From a virus, in the IMG/VR virus record IMGVR_UViG_3300045988_149506: 62,842 nt of DNA. The stretch is one strand, 5' to 3'. The position numbers and the translations under genes were made by a program. Shown here in pieces: positions 41,560-56,500 of the stretch. Under the pieces are notes generated by a model. That model was given only the letters and a program-made list of their open reading frames with translations, had not been told where the DNA came from and searched no databases. The first letter of the stretch is position 1. Every line of letters starts with the position of its first letter.

Positions 41560-44500
41560 CTACTCCATTCCATTCAATGTTTTCAGCAGCTCCTTTCTGG
41601 TCTTGCGAATCTCCACCATTTTGGCGGCATCGTTCTGACCATCCATTTGCTTCTTGGCTTTGTTCATCTTCTTCTTGGCAGCAGAGATAGCCTTTCTAGC
41701 TGCAAACAGTCGCTTGTTGGTCTTGCTGTTCTTGAAGGCGTTAGCCTTCGCCTTATCCACATCCTTCAAACGCTGATACTCATCGTAGGTTTCCATCGTT
41801 CCGTTCCATACAGCCTGTATTCTCCAGTCCTCGGTCACATCCTCCGATTTCGCCTTCATCAAGTACTTGTTTTCAGCCTTTTCCATCTCCTTCAAGTCTT
41901 CATCACCGTTCAGATAGCCCTGCACCATGTCCAGAGCCTCCTTCTGGGTGAAAGCCTTGTACTCACTCTGCGAGAGGAATTTCTTCATCTTCTGGCGCAT
42001 CTTCTTCTTTTCGGTGATACTCTTAGCCACATCGAAGCGTTCGCTAGCCACCTGTAGAGAGGTAACACCATCTTGCATTTCAGATGTCTCCAACGCCTTC
42101 ACGCTACCGATGGCTGCTTTTATCTGCTCCTCTGGGGCAATGCCATTGCGCTCACAGCTCTGGTAGGTCATTACCACGCCTTCCATGTCACCGCTCAGGA
42201 TGAAGTCCTTGAAGTAGCTCTGAGCCTTCCAAGGAGAGAAGCCCTTTGAGGATGGGAAGAAGAAATCCACTGCCTTAAACTCCTTGTTCTCTTGGCTCGG
42301 TATCAAGAAAGGTGCCCAGTAGAGCGCATCCTTGTAGAGCAGACCGATGGTCTTGCCATACTTTCTTTGTATCTCTTGGTCGGCATGGCTGGCTTGGAAA
42401 TCGCTCAGATAGTTTATATCGTCCAAGGTCATTCTCACCATCGGGTTCGCCTTACCTATCATTCGCTGCACCATAGGGCCAGGGAACTCTAGTTCACCCT
42501 TATGGTTGAAGAGATATTCAGGCACCTCTCGGAACTGCTTACCATGTCGGATATACATTTCCGTTCCGTCCGCATATCTGCCCATAAAGATTTTGCTCTG
42601 TTGTCCTAGGCTGTTTCCTCTCATCAAGTAGTCATACCACATCATGCCATCAGGATAAGCCAGTTCGTAAGGGCTACGGTAGTTAGGGTTGGTCTTCCTC
42701 AACTCCTCAGCCTTCTTGCGTTCCTTCTCCTCGTCCAGGGCACGGAAGGCAGCATTGATGCCATTAGCAATAGCCTCATAGAACAACATGAAGCCCAAGC
42801 CGTAGCAGAGAAGCGAAGAAATCTGTCTAGCCCTTCTGCCCTCATCTTCTGGAGTAAGTTTCTTATGATAAAGCTTCTTGTAATACTCCTTGAAGTTCTC
42901 AAAGGTCGCCTCATTCCAGACAGAGCCATATCCTGTAAGAGCCAAGAAGTGGCGAGTAGTGGAGGCATTCCAGTCTGGCGAAAGAAGAACTCGTCCGGCA
43001 TAGCGCAAGGTTCGATGGCTGGCACCAAGCACATCCCAGTGCTGACCGCCAAACATATCGTTCACAAACTGACCGTCTTCATCCAAAGCCCGGCTCAGTT
43101 CCTCCTCAGTCCATCCCTTCTTCTTGGCACGCTCCTTGGTCTTGTCTGCCCTCATCCGGTAGGTAGCAAGTTTCAGTCCGTCATGAAGGAAATCCCACAA
43201 GGCTCTATCCATACCCTTGTTGATGAGCGAAAGCATCTGCGAAGCCACCTTCAAAGGCATAGTAGCCAAAGCCACCGTTCCGGAAATTCCATTTCCGTCC
43301 TTCAACTTCTCCTGCACCTTCATCATTGCATCGCGCATATTGTCGAACATGTTCTGCACATCCGCTGCTGCATAGTCGTTGGTCGCTCCAAACTTCACCA
43401 AGTGGGTTGCTGCCTCTTGGAAGTCCTGCGGATTGGCAAAGCATGGCAACTGATGATTCTTCATCGTGTCGGCAAAGATGTACTTCATAAAGTTGGCAAG
43501 AGCCTTCTTGGGTCCATACTCAACCATGTTCTGCACCATATACACCTCGGTCAGTGCTCCTGCATGGAATCCACTGAAGCCAAGCTCCAACTTCTTCATG
43601 CTCGATGCAGTTGTATCGAAGAACTTCCAGAAAGGAGTTGACTGATAGGTATCGAATACAACTCCGAATCTATCTCCTGCACTTGCCTCCGAGTAGAGCA
43701 CCTTATCCTTGCCAGTGATTGGGTTCTTCACTTTCATCTGCTTAGGCGATACATTATATACCCATACAGGACCCACACCCGGAATCTCGAAGTATTTGTA
43801 TTGCTCCAAGTTGAAAGGTGCAACCGAAGAAAGCAGTGGGTCGGAAGAAATTATCTCTCCGTCCTCGTTGCGCTCTATTACGTTCAGTCCGCTCACCTCT
43901 TGGAGCATCGTCTTGTTAGCCCAAGCCTCGATGTTGCTTCTGCTGTAGTAAGCCATCATCTTAGTGATGTCCGTGGTCTTAGGCACAAGTCCTACCTCCA
44001 AGCCTTCCATGATGGTGTTAATCTGGCGTGGCTTCTCGTTCGGGCTTTTGGTTCGCTGTCTGTTCTCCACATACATGGCATAGGCATTCTTATCAGACTT
44101 CTCCTTATCCCAAAGGTGATTTACATAGTCCACGGTGAAACCAGTGTCTGCCTTCAAGGTGTTGTTGTCCTTCAACCAGTCGAAGGTATAGTTATACCAG
44201 TCTCTGATGGAATCCAACACACTCTTCATCGGCTCGCTCAGGTTCTTGTAGTCCACACCGTAAGGAGTGATACGCTTCAAGATGATAGGCAAAACATTCT
44301 TATTCAAGATGTCCGTACCATCGATAGGCACAAATCCAGGTTCTTTCTCATGGTTGCCATTGATGATGTCAGCCATCTTGCTAGCCACCTCGGATGCGCC
44401 CTTCATATCATCGAAGACTTCTACCTCTTTTCCATCCTTCAGCTCCGTGTGCTTTTTGGCAGTCACCTCGGCAAGTTGTGGGCGAAGCTCCTGAATAGCC

Positions 44501-47500
44501 TCAACATCGTTAGGAGTGATATGGATATGTCCCTCACCAAACACACCAGTGGAGTTCAGCTTGTAGGCGATTTCTCTGATGCGTCTAGGTGCCTCTATTA
44601 TATAAGGTATAGCCTCAGCTAGCTTTTCAGCCTTGTTTGGCTTGCCTTGGTAGTCGGAAAGCAACTTGTCGAAAGCACCGCTCTCAGCCATTTTCTCGAT
44701 GCTGTTTTTCACATCATTGATATAGATGGCATCGTCTGCGCTTGCCTCCTCCATGTTCTTTCTACGATGGATAACCGCATGTTTCACTGTTCTAGCAGCT
44801 CCCTCCTTGCTCACATCGGTACTAGTTACCTCTGCCAAGTCCTGCATCACTCGCTGCTCCAAGGCATCAGCCTCCGGATTGGTCTCGGCTGGGTATATCT
44901 TCCCTTCATACAAGTCAAGGTCGGCATTGTTCTGCTCGTTCAGTTCGTGTCTAGTCAGCCAGTCCTCGTACTTCTGCCTAGCCTCATCCTGCTTCTGCTT
45001 CTCAAACGAGAACATATCAGGCATCGGGTTTTCCTTGTCTGCCATGGCATCGTTCCACTTCTCCCATTCCTTGTAACGAGGGAAAAACTCCTCATCCGTC
45101 TCGCCTTCCTTGCGTTCCGGCTTAATCGGCATTTCGTCACCCTGCAGATGATGGCTTTCACGCCATTCCTTGTTAAGACGTTCCCATTCCTTCTTGCCCT
45201 CAACATCCTTGTCGAAGTCATAGAACATTGGTGGCTCGGGGTCTTCTGTGTCCTCTCGGGCAATCTTCCACTTTTCCCACTCTCTTTTACGTTTAATATA
45301 TGCGATTTCGCCCTCGCCCTTCTTTCGATGTGGCTTGCCCTTACCTGCACCATCAGATAGCGCATCCTTGATTTCGGCATTGCTAGCCTGTGTCATCATA
45401 GCCTCCTGCTGTGTCTTCGGCATATTGTCCCAAACGTGAAGAGCCTTACCAGCCTTCATCAGGTAATATCTCAAATCCTTATCATTGAGCAAACCAGGAA
45501 CACGGATGCCCAATTTCTTAAGCATCTTGATGAGATAATGCTTTATCTTAGTCCAAAGAGAAAAGTCCTCCGCTGTAGTCGGACCCTCCTCGGCAAGATG
45601 GGCGATATACTCCTGCGTGCCGATATTGATGCGGTCAGGATTGTTCCAACCTGGATCATACTGATAAGCGAAGTCGAGAATCTTGCCCCTCGTCTTCTTA
45701 TCTACAGACTTATATACGAAGTCCGCAAACTTTCTCACGCCCTGCTCACCACCAAGCAGCACTTCCATACCCTCATGTCCTATCTTCTCATGGAAGACGG
45801 TTCTCTGAGCCTCATCGGCATCAGCACAGTTAGGAAGGTACACATGCACTGTATGAGTGCTAGGGTCATACCAACCTCTTGCACCTTGCTCCACAGCTTC
45901 TTTGTACTCATCAGGCACTTCCGAAGCATTGGTGTAAGATGTAACCTCAGCACCACCCAATACGTTAGCAACGTTCTTCACCTTATCGGCAGAATTTTTC
46001 ATCTCCTGCGATTCAAAGGTGCGGATGGATGGCATCGACAATCGCAAAGGATTCTTGTGGTTCGGTATATAGGTATGCTGAATCATGGTGTCGAAGAAGT
46101 GCAAATCTCCGTTCTCATCCTTGATTACATTCCTTGGTTCGGCATCCCACAAGTCAAACTCGCCATTCGTCCAGCCCAAATCTACCTCATCAGCACTAAT
46201 CTGAATCATATCCAGCTTAAATCCATGGTCGGTCAGATACTGAGTGATTTCCTCTCTTGTTGGAGTTGTACCCTTCAAGTATGGTTGTTCCATTACAATA
46301 CAAGGGTCTCCCTTTTGATTGTAGGCGAAACCAAGAGGAGTATATTTGTCCTCTGGCATAAACTGGTTATGGGCATTGATGCGGTCTATGAACTCATTAA
46401 TGCGGAATAAGCTATCAGTCATGGTGAAATCATTGAGTTTGATAACTTTAGTATCATCATATTTGGCATGATACACAAAGTTCTCCTCACCATGACCAAT
46501 AGAATCACCCACTATTTTTTTGAGTTCTTCGTCTGGGATGAACGAAAGATTTTTCTTAGCTGCTCGAATGACATACCCAAGTACGGGTCCTCTATCCCAA
46601 GTGCCTTGTTGTTTCTCAGCTGTTGCTGTTTGATTTCTTCGAAAGTTATCGGCTGCTGCGCCCAACGTTTCATTAACTCTTCTTTGCGCCTGTGCTCGGC
46701 TTCCAATTCTTCTGGTGATAACATCTTTATTTGGATTTTTGTTCATACTATCACCATTTTCATCAGCAACATCTGTGCCATTGTCACCAAGAGAGAACTT
46801 CAAGATGCTTCGATACCCCTTTTCTCTATGATTCTTACCATACACCTTGGAATAATGCACACCATCATTCTCACCTCCTACGATTCTGCCTCTGTTATCG
46901 GTCTCAACAAACGGCACACCTCGCTTCTCCAACTCTTTTCTCAGACTTGGAGTAACCACATTCGAAGGCATAGTGATATTCTTGCCCTTGAACATATCAT
47001 TAACAATAACATCAGCCACCTCGCTATCAGGCACAATACGCACAGGCTTATCCCAACGAGAAAGCACCACTTTGCGTTTGCCTGTCAGCTGTCCTTGGAT
47101 GATACCAGCCTTCCACTCTACTTCACCCACGGCATCCTTGGCTTTATCAGCCTTGTAGCCACTGGTTAACTCGCTCTTTGGCACCTCAACCTCTACGGTT
47201 ACGATGTTAGGGCGATTCTGAGCCTCGCTAAACTGGTCATTCAGTGGAGTGCGAGAAGTATGAAGGTAAGGATTGTAAGCAGCCTTAAGCGATTTACCAT
47301 TACCCTTGTTTAGGGTAAACATACCCTTATCATCAGCAAGTTCTGGTCGCTCATCTGCCTGTTCCCACTTACCGAGTTCGATAGGTTCCACAAACTTGCC
47401 CTTCACCTTTGCAGCCATCGGTGGATAGAGTTTTCCATCATCACCTACCTGCATGGCACGATAAACCTTCACCGTGTCTTCCTTATCCAGCTTCTTGATG

Positions 47501-50500
47501 GTCTCTGGGTCTTTCACGATGCTATAGCTAGCATCGCTCCCATTCATCACGATTTGCTCATCACGGTTCACATCCTCAGTTTCAGATGCCAATGAATTTC
47601 TGCGCTCCTCGTCCGTCATACCCAAACGCTTCTCCACGTTACGAGCCTCAACCTCACCTGCCAACTTTCTATATTCTTGGTAAGAATCAAAGTCTGTACG
47701 TTGGAACCTATCCAAACGGAAACGCTTAATGGCATCATCCATACTTCTGTCTGCATAGCCACGTGCGAAGTAGTTGAATCCCTTAATTCGGGTTTCCTTG
47801 TCAGGAATGAACTCAGGCATATCCATGTCCTTATATTCCTGAATAAGGGCTTTCTCTACAGCAGATTGGTTATACTCACCACCCATTTCCTTGGCTTTCT
47901 CTTCCAATTCAAAGGCATAGGAACGTGCCTTCCATTCAACCTTAGCAGCATTGAAATCCCTCTCCACCTGCTCGGGTGTGCCACCATGCGCAAACCCCTC
48001 TTCACGCTGAATTACGTGCTGAATTTCATGATTCAGAATGCTATTCAGATACTTTAATTCATCCGCATGAATGGTAATAGTCTTTGTTTGTGGATTGTAT
48101 TCCCCATTTGAAGGCATGTCATTCATTACTGCATCAGTATGGATTTTAATATTTTTCAACTGAGGATAAGCCTCAAAAAGCTTTGGTGCATCCACAGCAT
48201 CTTCCAACTTACCATCAGTCCATAGCATATCCTCTTCGAAACGTTTAACGATATTTCCACCACCTACATCGATGGTGTCCTTTATCTTGGCATCAGGCAT
48301 TTCGTATCTCCACTTGCCATCCACGCCTTTCTCCCAACCTGTAGCCATCTTGATAACCTTGGCATCCTTCTTCTCCTCTTCCATCTGCTTAGCCACATCC
48401 AGGTTATCCATGCGGATAGTTTGCTCATCAGCCTTATCAGCCTCAGCAGCTCCCTTCTCTCCAGCAAACATGAAGCGAATATCGCTCTTGCGAGAATTGA
48501 AGCGCTTAGAAGGAGGAATAACGTCACCCTCATCATCATAGGTAACAAGGTCGTTCAACTTTCTATTATTCTTGGCATTCTTGTATTTATACTCCTTGCC
48601 ATCATCAAAGCCAAACTCGTTTGCGTCATTACCATCCCACCACAGTTGAGTAGCTGGAACTTCGTCTTCAATGATACGATATTTGCCTTCCAGTCGGTTC
48701 GTTCCGTGCATTTCGGCATATTTCTTAGAAGGAGTAACCCAGTCACCATTACGCAACTTTCCTTCCTTCACAGAAGTTGGAACTGCACGATAAACCTTTA
48801 CCTTAACATCCTTCTCGCCATTCTTAATGGCATCAATAGCCGTATTGATGGCTTTCACAGATTCCAATCCATGAGGAGTGTTCTGCGAATAACGCTCAGG
48901 GTGAGAGAAGTAATCATCCGGCTGAGGAGTGTACCCCAAAGCCATATCCTCCAGGTTTACATCTGAGCCACTGGATTCCCAATCGTCACGTCTCGCCTTG
49001 TCGCTTTCATATCCAGGGTTTCCCGGTGCAGCCCATGCACCTACGCCCTGATATGCGCTTTCGGTATCGTCATATCCCTTGCGTCTGGCAGCCTCATCAA
49101 GCATTTCCCTGGCTGTAGCATCATCACCCTTAGAAAGAGCATCCATATACTGCTTGTCAAGTTTATCTTCAGGAATCAAAGAAAGTTCCTCCAAGTGCTT
49201 TTTGCGCTTGGCTTCCTCTTCCTCTGCTCTCTTTCTAGCAGCTTCCATAGCATTACGCTCTGCTTCAACCTGCTTTCTTCGTTCCTCAATCATTGCATCA
49301 AGGTCACCAAAATTCACCTTCAAGGCTTCATTTATAGGTTTGGTGTACTTAACAACATCCTTAAATGAGAAAATGTTACCTTCATTTACCTGCATCAAGT
49401 GACGCTTAATATTGGCTCTGGCACGTGCAGCCTCAGCAGTAGAACCCTTCTTAACAGCATTGGCATACATTGCCACATCTGCCTCATCTACCCCAAATTG
49501 CTGAGATACAGCCTTAATTTTATCCTCCACAGATAAATTTCCACCATTTTCCTTGGTGATTTCAAAGGAATTGCGTATCTTTGCATCGCTATGAGGATTC
49601 AGGACGCTATCCTTTCCGCTTGGGTTATTTGCGGATGGAGTTAATGCCGAACCTTGATTCTCGCCCAAGGAATTAGAATCGCCTCTGAAACGATTCCATA
49701 GCACTTTTGATTCTGTCAATTCTTTCACAACTTTCGAAGGCTCTATTTGGTGTGCGCTAATTGCAACCTCATCTTCGCCCTGTTTCACTGTGATAGACTC
49801 ATAGTTAAGAATCTTTGTTCCATCAGCCTTCTTGAAAGATTTAATAAACAAATACTTTGTTTGGCGTTCTGCGCCTTCTTTAGGTGCAGACTTCTCCAAG
49901 ATAACATCAGGACGTTCCAAGGTAGGTTTCAACAAACCAAATCGTTTGATTCGGTCTTCTCTTCCAGCCTTCTTATATTGATTCTCACCCAGTTTGATAC
50001 TGCCAATAGGAGTAGAGACACGCCCATCTTTGCCAAATTCTTTCAGCCAATTCTCCTCCGTATGCTCCAAGACTCTCTCTTGTTCCGCATTATCTTCCAT
50101 TTGCTGGCGCAAGGAAATGGCATCGTCTTTGGTAAGGCGAGATTTCACATTACGTGGGTCCACTCCTTGCGCCAAATCTCTCAGCACAAGGTTACGAATA
50201 TCCTCCAAGGTCATTTTCTTGATGTCCTCAGGCTTCCACTTCGTAAATGTATCAAGAGTCCAATACCAGAACTTCTTCAACCAATCCTTCAATCGGTTGA
50301 TGATAGTAAGCTCTTTAGCAGTATCTAACGGATTCTCCTTAATGGCATCATTTGCCATCTGCTCCAGGATGGCAGCACCGTCCTCGCCAGTCAAACGAGC
50401 AAAAGCCTCATCGCAAATCTGCTCATCGCTCAGATGCTTGTAGTTAGGGTCCTCCTTCAAGTCGGCAAATAGCTGGGTCTGCATGATGAGTTTATCACCA

Positions 50501-53500
50501 TGCTCAATAAGCTCCGGATTCATGTTCTTGGCAGCAGTGCGCCACAAATGCTGATACTCATGGATAGGAGTATTAGGATTCAGATGCTCCTGATTCAGTA
50601 CAATCTCCTTGCCATCGGTATAGCCATACACCGTGCCCTTTCCCTTCGCAAACTTGTTATGGTCAACAATCTGCATATTCTCTGGCTTAAAGATAACATA
50701 GTTAGTGTCACCTTCCTCTGCACCACCAAAATTACGACCAGCCTTGTACTTGATGCCAGTGTAGCCTAAAGAAGAGAGGAATTTACTTGCAGCCTTATCG
50801 TCTTTATAGGTTGCATCATCGCTCTTCATCCTTATAGACAAAGAATCGTACAAATCTTTCCCATCAAGGAACTTGTATCTCTTATCCAACTCTGGGTCAA
50901 TAGGACGCTTACCTAGTTGCTCCAACTGTTTGTTTATTTTGTTCAGCAATCTTGCTCCAACCTTGGCATCCCAATTCAAGTAGTTCTTGCCATTATCATC
51001 AGGGATATTCACCTCATAGAGAGAAGTCTTAGGAGTTTCAACCGACAAATCTAAGTCAAGCAGTTTCTGCATTACATCAATCTGCTTTTTATAGAAATCA
51101 TTGTTATCTTCCTTGTATATCTCTTGATTTTCTTTTATGGAGTTCTTTAGCTTTTGTTTAGCCTTATCTACCCCCATTCTATCAACATTCATAAGGAAGT
51201 TGTCTGCCTTAGAAACTCCATCCATGCCAACAATATCACTAAGAGTTGCCGACATGTGCCGCCAATCCAGCTTTTCCCCATTATAGACAAAATACTTATC
51301 TTTTCTACCGCTCTCAGCATAGTATTTTCCTATTTCAGGAGAAGAGGTTACATATCCTCCCCATCCAAAGCTCTGTGTACCTTCCCCCTCTCCCATGTGG
51401 CCAAAGTCAAACTCCGTGAAGTCAGCACCGCTACCATGATAAGTACGCAAGAATCTCACTCCAGGCTGTACGATAGCCTTCAACTGTCTGTCCAAATCCT
51501 TATATTTCGCAAACAAGGAATCAAGCTTATCTTGATATTTTTCAAAGGATTTATTCCTGCAATCATTCCAAACATCATCAGGAATATCGTTTTCAGAAGC
51601 CAGTCCATGCTCATCCATGTACTCCTTCATCAACTGATTTTGATACTTCACACGTTCCTGCCCGGTTGAATTATAAGCATCCTCAGTCTCCTTAATCTGC
51701 TTTTTCAACTCATTCTTCTTACTGGTCTGTTCATCAATCTTATAAGGGTCAAACTCCGAAGGGAAAGAGCCAGTAAGCCCTGCTACATTGTCCTCAAAGC
51801 TCTTGTCGAGATTGAACACCTTGTAGTTTCCCCACATCAGCCTATTCAGGTAGGTACGTTCCTTTCTTGCCAGCTCCTGCTTCTGGTAGTACTCAGGCAT
51901 CTTATTCGGATTGCTCATATCCACCACGGCATACTGCGCCCATTTGTTTGGTCGCAACTCCTTGGCAAAGTTATAAGCATTCTCGGCAGCCTGCTTCTCC
52001 TCCGGAGTCTTGATTTTAAATCTCATCTCAGGATGATTCAGCAACATGGCAAGATTCAGATTATCCTGAGCCTCAGCCACCTTCTCCATCTCCTCGTTGC
52101 TTATCACCTTCACAGGTATTCCAGCCTTCTTAAGCATAGCAGAAACGGCATCAAAAGCCACCTTCTGCGCCTCCGTCATTTCAGATGGCTTCACCTCCTT
52201 TACATCGCGGTCAAACTTCGTCTGTTCCTTCTGTACAATGGCATAGTCAGCAAATGGCTTAGTCTTGCGGTCAGAAGCCTCTAACCACTTATCGAAGGTA
52301 GCCTTAGGCACAGCAGTAACCTTACCAAGTCCCTTCCAGTCCTTGGAATAGTTGGCAAGATAAGCCTCTGTAGCAGCCTCCTCAGAAGGATAGCCAAACA
52401 TCACCTTATGCTCGCCAAACTCACCAGTCTCTGGGTTCACCTGGTCAACAACATAAACGTTACCATCAAAAGAATCAAGGTCAGCAGCATCATTGATGAA
52501 CATATCGATATGGTCACCATCCACGCCAATCTTGCCCAAAATATAGCCATAAGTGTCGTGCATGGTCACGCTCCAAGGCTTGCCCTGCTCGTCCTTACCG
52601 CTACGTGTTGTACCCTTCGGTGTCTCTACAGTAAAGTCATAGCCACCGAAGGACAAATGTCCCTTCTTATAGTTACCTGCCTTCTTCTGAGCCTCAGAAG
52701 GGTTAGGCTCAGTCTCGGCAATGGCATTCTTTAAACGTTCTCCGAAGGATGCTTCTTGCGGTAGATGTGGAGTTCTATCAGCTGAGCCTTCGCCAGATGC
52801 CAAGCTGCTAATCTCTTGTCTCCCTTCGCCTGTGCTATTATGTAACGCTCCAGTCTCGGTCTCAGCAGATGCTTCTCTGCTACCACCTTCTTGGCGATTG
52901 CGATTTCCTTCATCAACTCCTCTCCGTGAAGAGTCGCTACCCAGGCTACTGCCTCCTCCATATCCTTCTTCATTGCTTCTGTCATCATAATCTGCTAATT
53001 CTGGTAAAATTGATTTGACATATTGTTTGTACTCTCGTTCACGATTCTCAATCTCCATCATGCGGTCATATTCCATACCAGCAATATGGTTAAGTTCGTT
53101 TTCTGACGGCAAAGGTACAGAATTATCTTCAAGATAAGCATAATAATCTGGATTTTCTGCCTGTCTTTCGATAATTTCACGCTCTTTCTGTGCCTCATAA
53201 TACTCTTCCTCGCTTGAAAGTTCCTCCTCTGCTGCAGCAATTCGGTTCATAAGTGCCACATTACGCATTTCCTTCACATTGTCGTAGGTCTTGAACATAT
53301 CCAGCAAGGTGTTTCTCACATCTTGGTCAGAATATCCCATATCCTGCAAGTTGATAGGAAGGTCATTGTACACTCTCACGGCAAAATCGTTAACAGACAT
53401 ACCAGTGCCTTTCTTGGCAATAAGATAATTGAACTTATTAGAATCATATCCCTTGCCAATACCAACCTTGAAATTACTCTTGCCCAACTCATATTGAAGA

Positions 53501-56500
53501 GATTCCGGATTCAAGCTATGAGGGTGCAAAGCTTGCGACACAGCCTCCTCCACTGTCTGAGGCGTTAAGTCCATAACATCTATAGAGGCATCCTTGTAAA
53601 TCTCTTTGATTGCTCCAAGGTCATTCTTCTTGAAGGCATCAGCCACAAGAACCTTGCGCTGCTCAGAAGGAGTCAATTCTTCCATCGCCTTGGCTCTCTC
53701 CTCCTTATTCTCTGCACTATATAGAGTATTGAGCAACTTATCCTGTGCCTTCAAATCCTTTGCCGATGCAGATAGATTAGCCTGTCTAGCCTCCAACTGA
53801 GCCATGGTAGTGTTCAATTCCTTCAACTGGTCAGCCGAATAATCAATGTCACCATTCATATATTGTTCCAGGGCTTCATTGATATTATCTATCTGTGGCT
53901 GCACCTCATCGTTCTGAATATGATAGATGCGCTTGCGCTCAGAGGCAATATAATTGCTAGCCTCATCCATGGTAGGATATTGCTTCTTCAATTCTTTATT
54001 GTCAAGCACAGCCACCTCACGCTCATCCGAAGGACTGCCAACACTATCATCTACACCAGCATTTTCGATTTCAGCCTTGCGCTCATTCTTCAAGGTTCTA
54101 GCCTCCTCTGGAGTCATAACCTCCTTGCGGATAGCATTCCAGTTCTTATAACGAGTTTCAAGGTCGGCAATCTGCTCGTTGACAAGAGCCAAGTCGTTCT
54201 CCACCTTCTGAGCCTTCTCTGGGTCCAAGTCGGCATTGAGAGATAGCCACTCCTCGTATTCAGATGCAGCCTTTCTCTTGTTATCCAACTGTTCCTTGAT
54301 GTCAGAACGGCTACCACTGATAAGATTCATCAGTTTACCATGGTCATTGCCAAATTGCTCCTGTAGATACTCAGCTGCCACCTTTGGCTCTGTGTCCTTA
54401 GAGGAATAATCAGGCTGTCCCATGCCCAAGCCTACGATACCCTTCTTATATCGCTCCTGCTTGTCAGCCTCAGCCTTGGCTGCATCATCGTTGGCACGCT
54501 GTGCGTCCTCGGCATCCAGCTCTGCACCAACAGAGGCATCGAGTGCGTTCTTTCTCCAAGCATTAAACTCGTCCTTGGTCAGAGCGATATTATCCTTGCC
54601 GTCAGAAAGCACAATCTTGCCATCCTCGCTATATCCGGCAAAGGTCATTTGCATAGGTTCTTCACCTGCTTCCATGGCAACCTCCACGGTGTCGCTAGGC
54701 TTCAACCCACTGCCATCATACTGGGCAAAGAACTGCTGCTGTCTCACATTTTTCTGCTCAGTAACTTTCTGGTCGATGAAATCATCAAGGGAAATAGGCG
54801 TACCCACTTCCTTGATGTCGGCACTAGATACCTGCTTAATCGTAGGCTGTCCCTGCTCATCAGGCACTACCACGAAACCACCACCATATTCATTGGCTTT
54901 CTTCAAGAATACCTGCTGACCAGTAGTAAGGGTAGCTGGCACGATGTTTCCGTCTTCCGTCTGATAAGGCCAAAGCTGCTGCTTCAAAGCCTCCCCATAG
55001 CCATCATCAGCATGTTGCAGAGCATCATAAACACCCTTCTTGGCATCCTGAGCCTCCACATATTTACGAACAGCATCCTGCTGCGCTGTAGTCATAGAGT
55101 TGGCACGCTGAGCCACAAACTGCTCCATGTCCTTGCCTTCCTCGTATGCCTTCACCACCACATCCATCATAGCCTCATCATCAGCAAAAGCACGCTTCAA
55201 TCGAGCTTTCGACACATCATCGTTATGGTCAATCGCTTTCAAGCCCTCAGCATCCCCATTCTGGTAGGCATTCTGTCCCATCACATAGGCATCAGACTTG
55301 CTTTCATTGGATGCAGTAGTGGCATCAGAAGGACTTGAACCGTTCTCCACCGAAGGTGTACCCTCCGCATTTGTAGGCGTTTCACCCCCAACAGGAGGCG
55401 TTGGCGGTTCAGTAGGTGGAACATCAGAAGAAACAGAAGCATCTACAGGCTTTTCCGCTGTAGCCTCAGCATTCTGAGCCGAAGCACCACCTTCCTGTGT
55501 GGCACCAGGCAGTTCACGCTGTCCCTCTATCAAGGTTTGGCTCATCTGCTCCTTGGCATCGTTCATTTCACGTTTCAGCACGATGTCGTTATAGAGCTGC
55601 TTCTGGTATTCCTCCACAAGTTTCTGTTGTTCGGCAGTGCGAGACTTGCCATCACCCTCTAGAGCCTTGCGAAGCGTACCATGCTCCACACCCTGCGAAT
55701 CCTCGAAGGTGCGAACATACTCCTTCATAATAGGGCTATTCTCGAAAGCACTATCATAGAAGTGACGATAACTGTTCACCATCTGCTGCTCCTGCTCGGT
55801 TAGTTCCATTCCGCTCTGCTGCTTCTGGATGATGTCCTTGATGGCAGCAGCATTCTGATGAAGATAGATTGCAGCCTTATCCTCATCACTCAGTTGTTCA
55901 CCTGCGGCATACTTATCCCTAGCTTGCTCATAAACAGTGTTCAGTCTGTCCTGCAAGGCATCGGTATGGTAAGCCTTTTCATACTCAGAAGTGATATTCA
56001 GCGACTTCTCGAAGTCTAGCTTCTTGTCTGCCTTCTGAGCCTCATCAAGCGAAGAATACTCCTTGCGGTCGATGATGCCACCATCCTTATTCAAGGTTTC
56101 GAGATATACCTTGCCATCATTATCCATTGGCTGCACGATGATAGAATCAATGACTGGCGAGAAGGAAGAAGGACGTTTTCCTTCCACCACAGCCATCATC
56201 TTTGCCTTCAATACCTCTGGCACACTCTTATCGTTCATCAGGTTCATGTACTTATCGGTAAGCTGCCCCATCATCTGCACACCGTCACCCTCTGCACGAA
56301 AGCCATTGATGCCCAACTTCTCGAAGGCATCACGCAAATCATCATAGCCGAATCTCTTCAACTCGGCAATATCTTGGTCGTTGAAGTCAAACTTGCGGTT
56401 AAACTCCTTGGCATCCTTGAATCGGGCATACTTGCCCACCATACCAGGCAAACCGATGGAAGTAAGGTTAGCCATGCTCTCCAAGAAGCTCTCAGCGGCA

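Noticed and set aside
41350-47169. A series of 230-325-aa plus-strand ORFs (41350-42057, 42865-43641, 43801-44622, 44647-45360, 45436-46410, 46468-47169) opposite the giant gene
   Set aside because: All show the same antisense-type composition (L, H, I, S, C rich) and have no start context or motifs. They are most simply explained by codon bias of the sense strand suppressing antisense stops.
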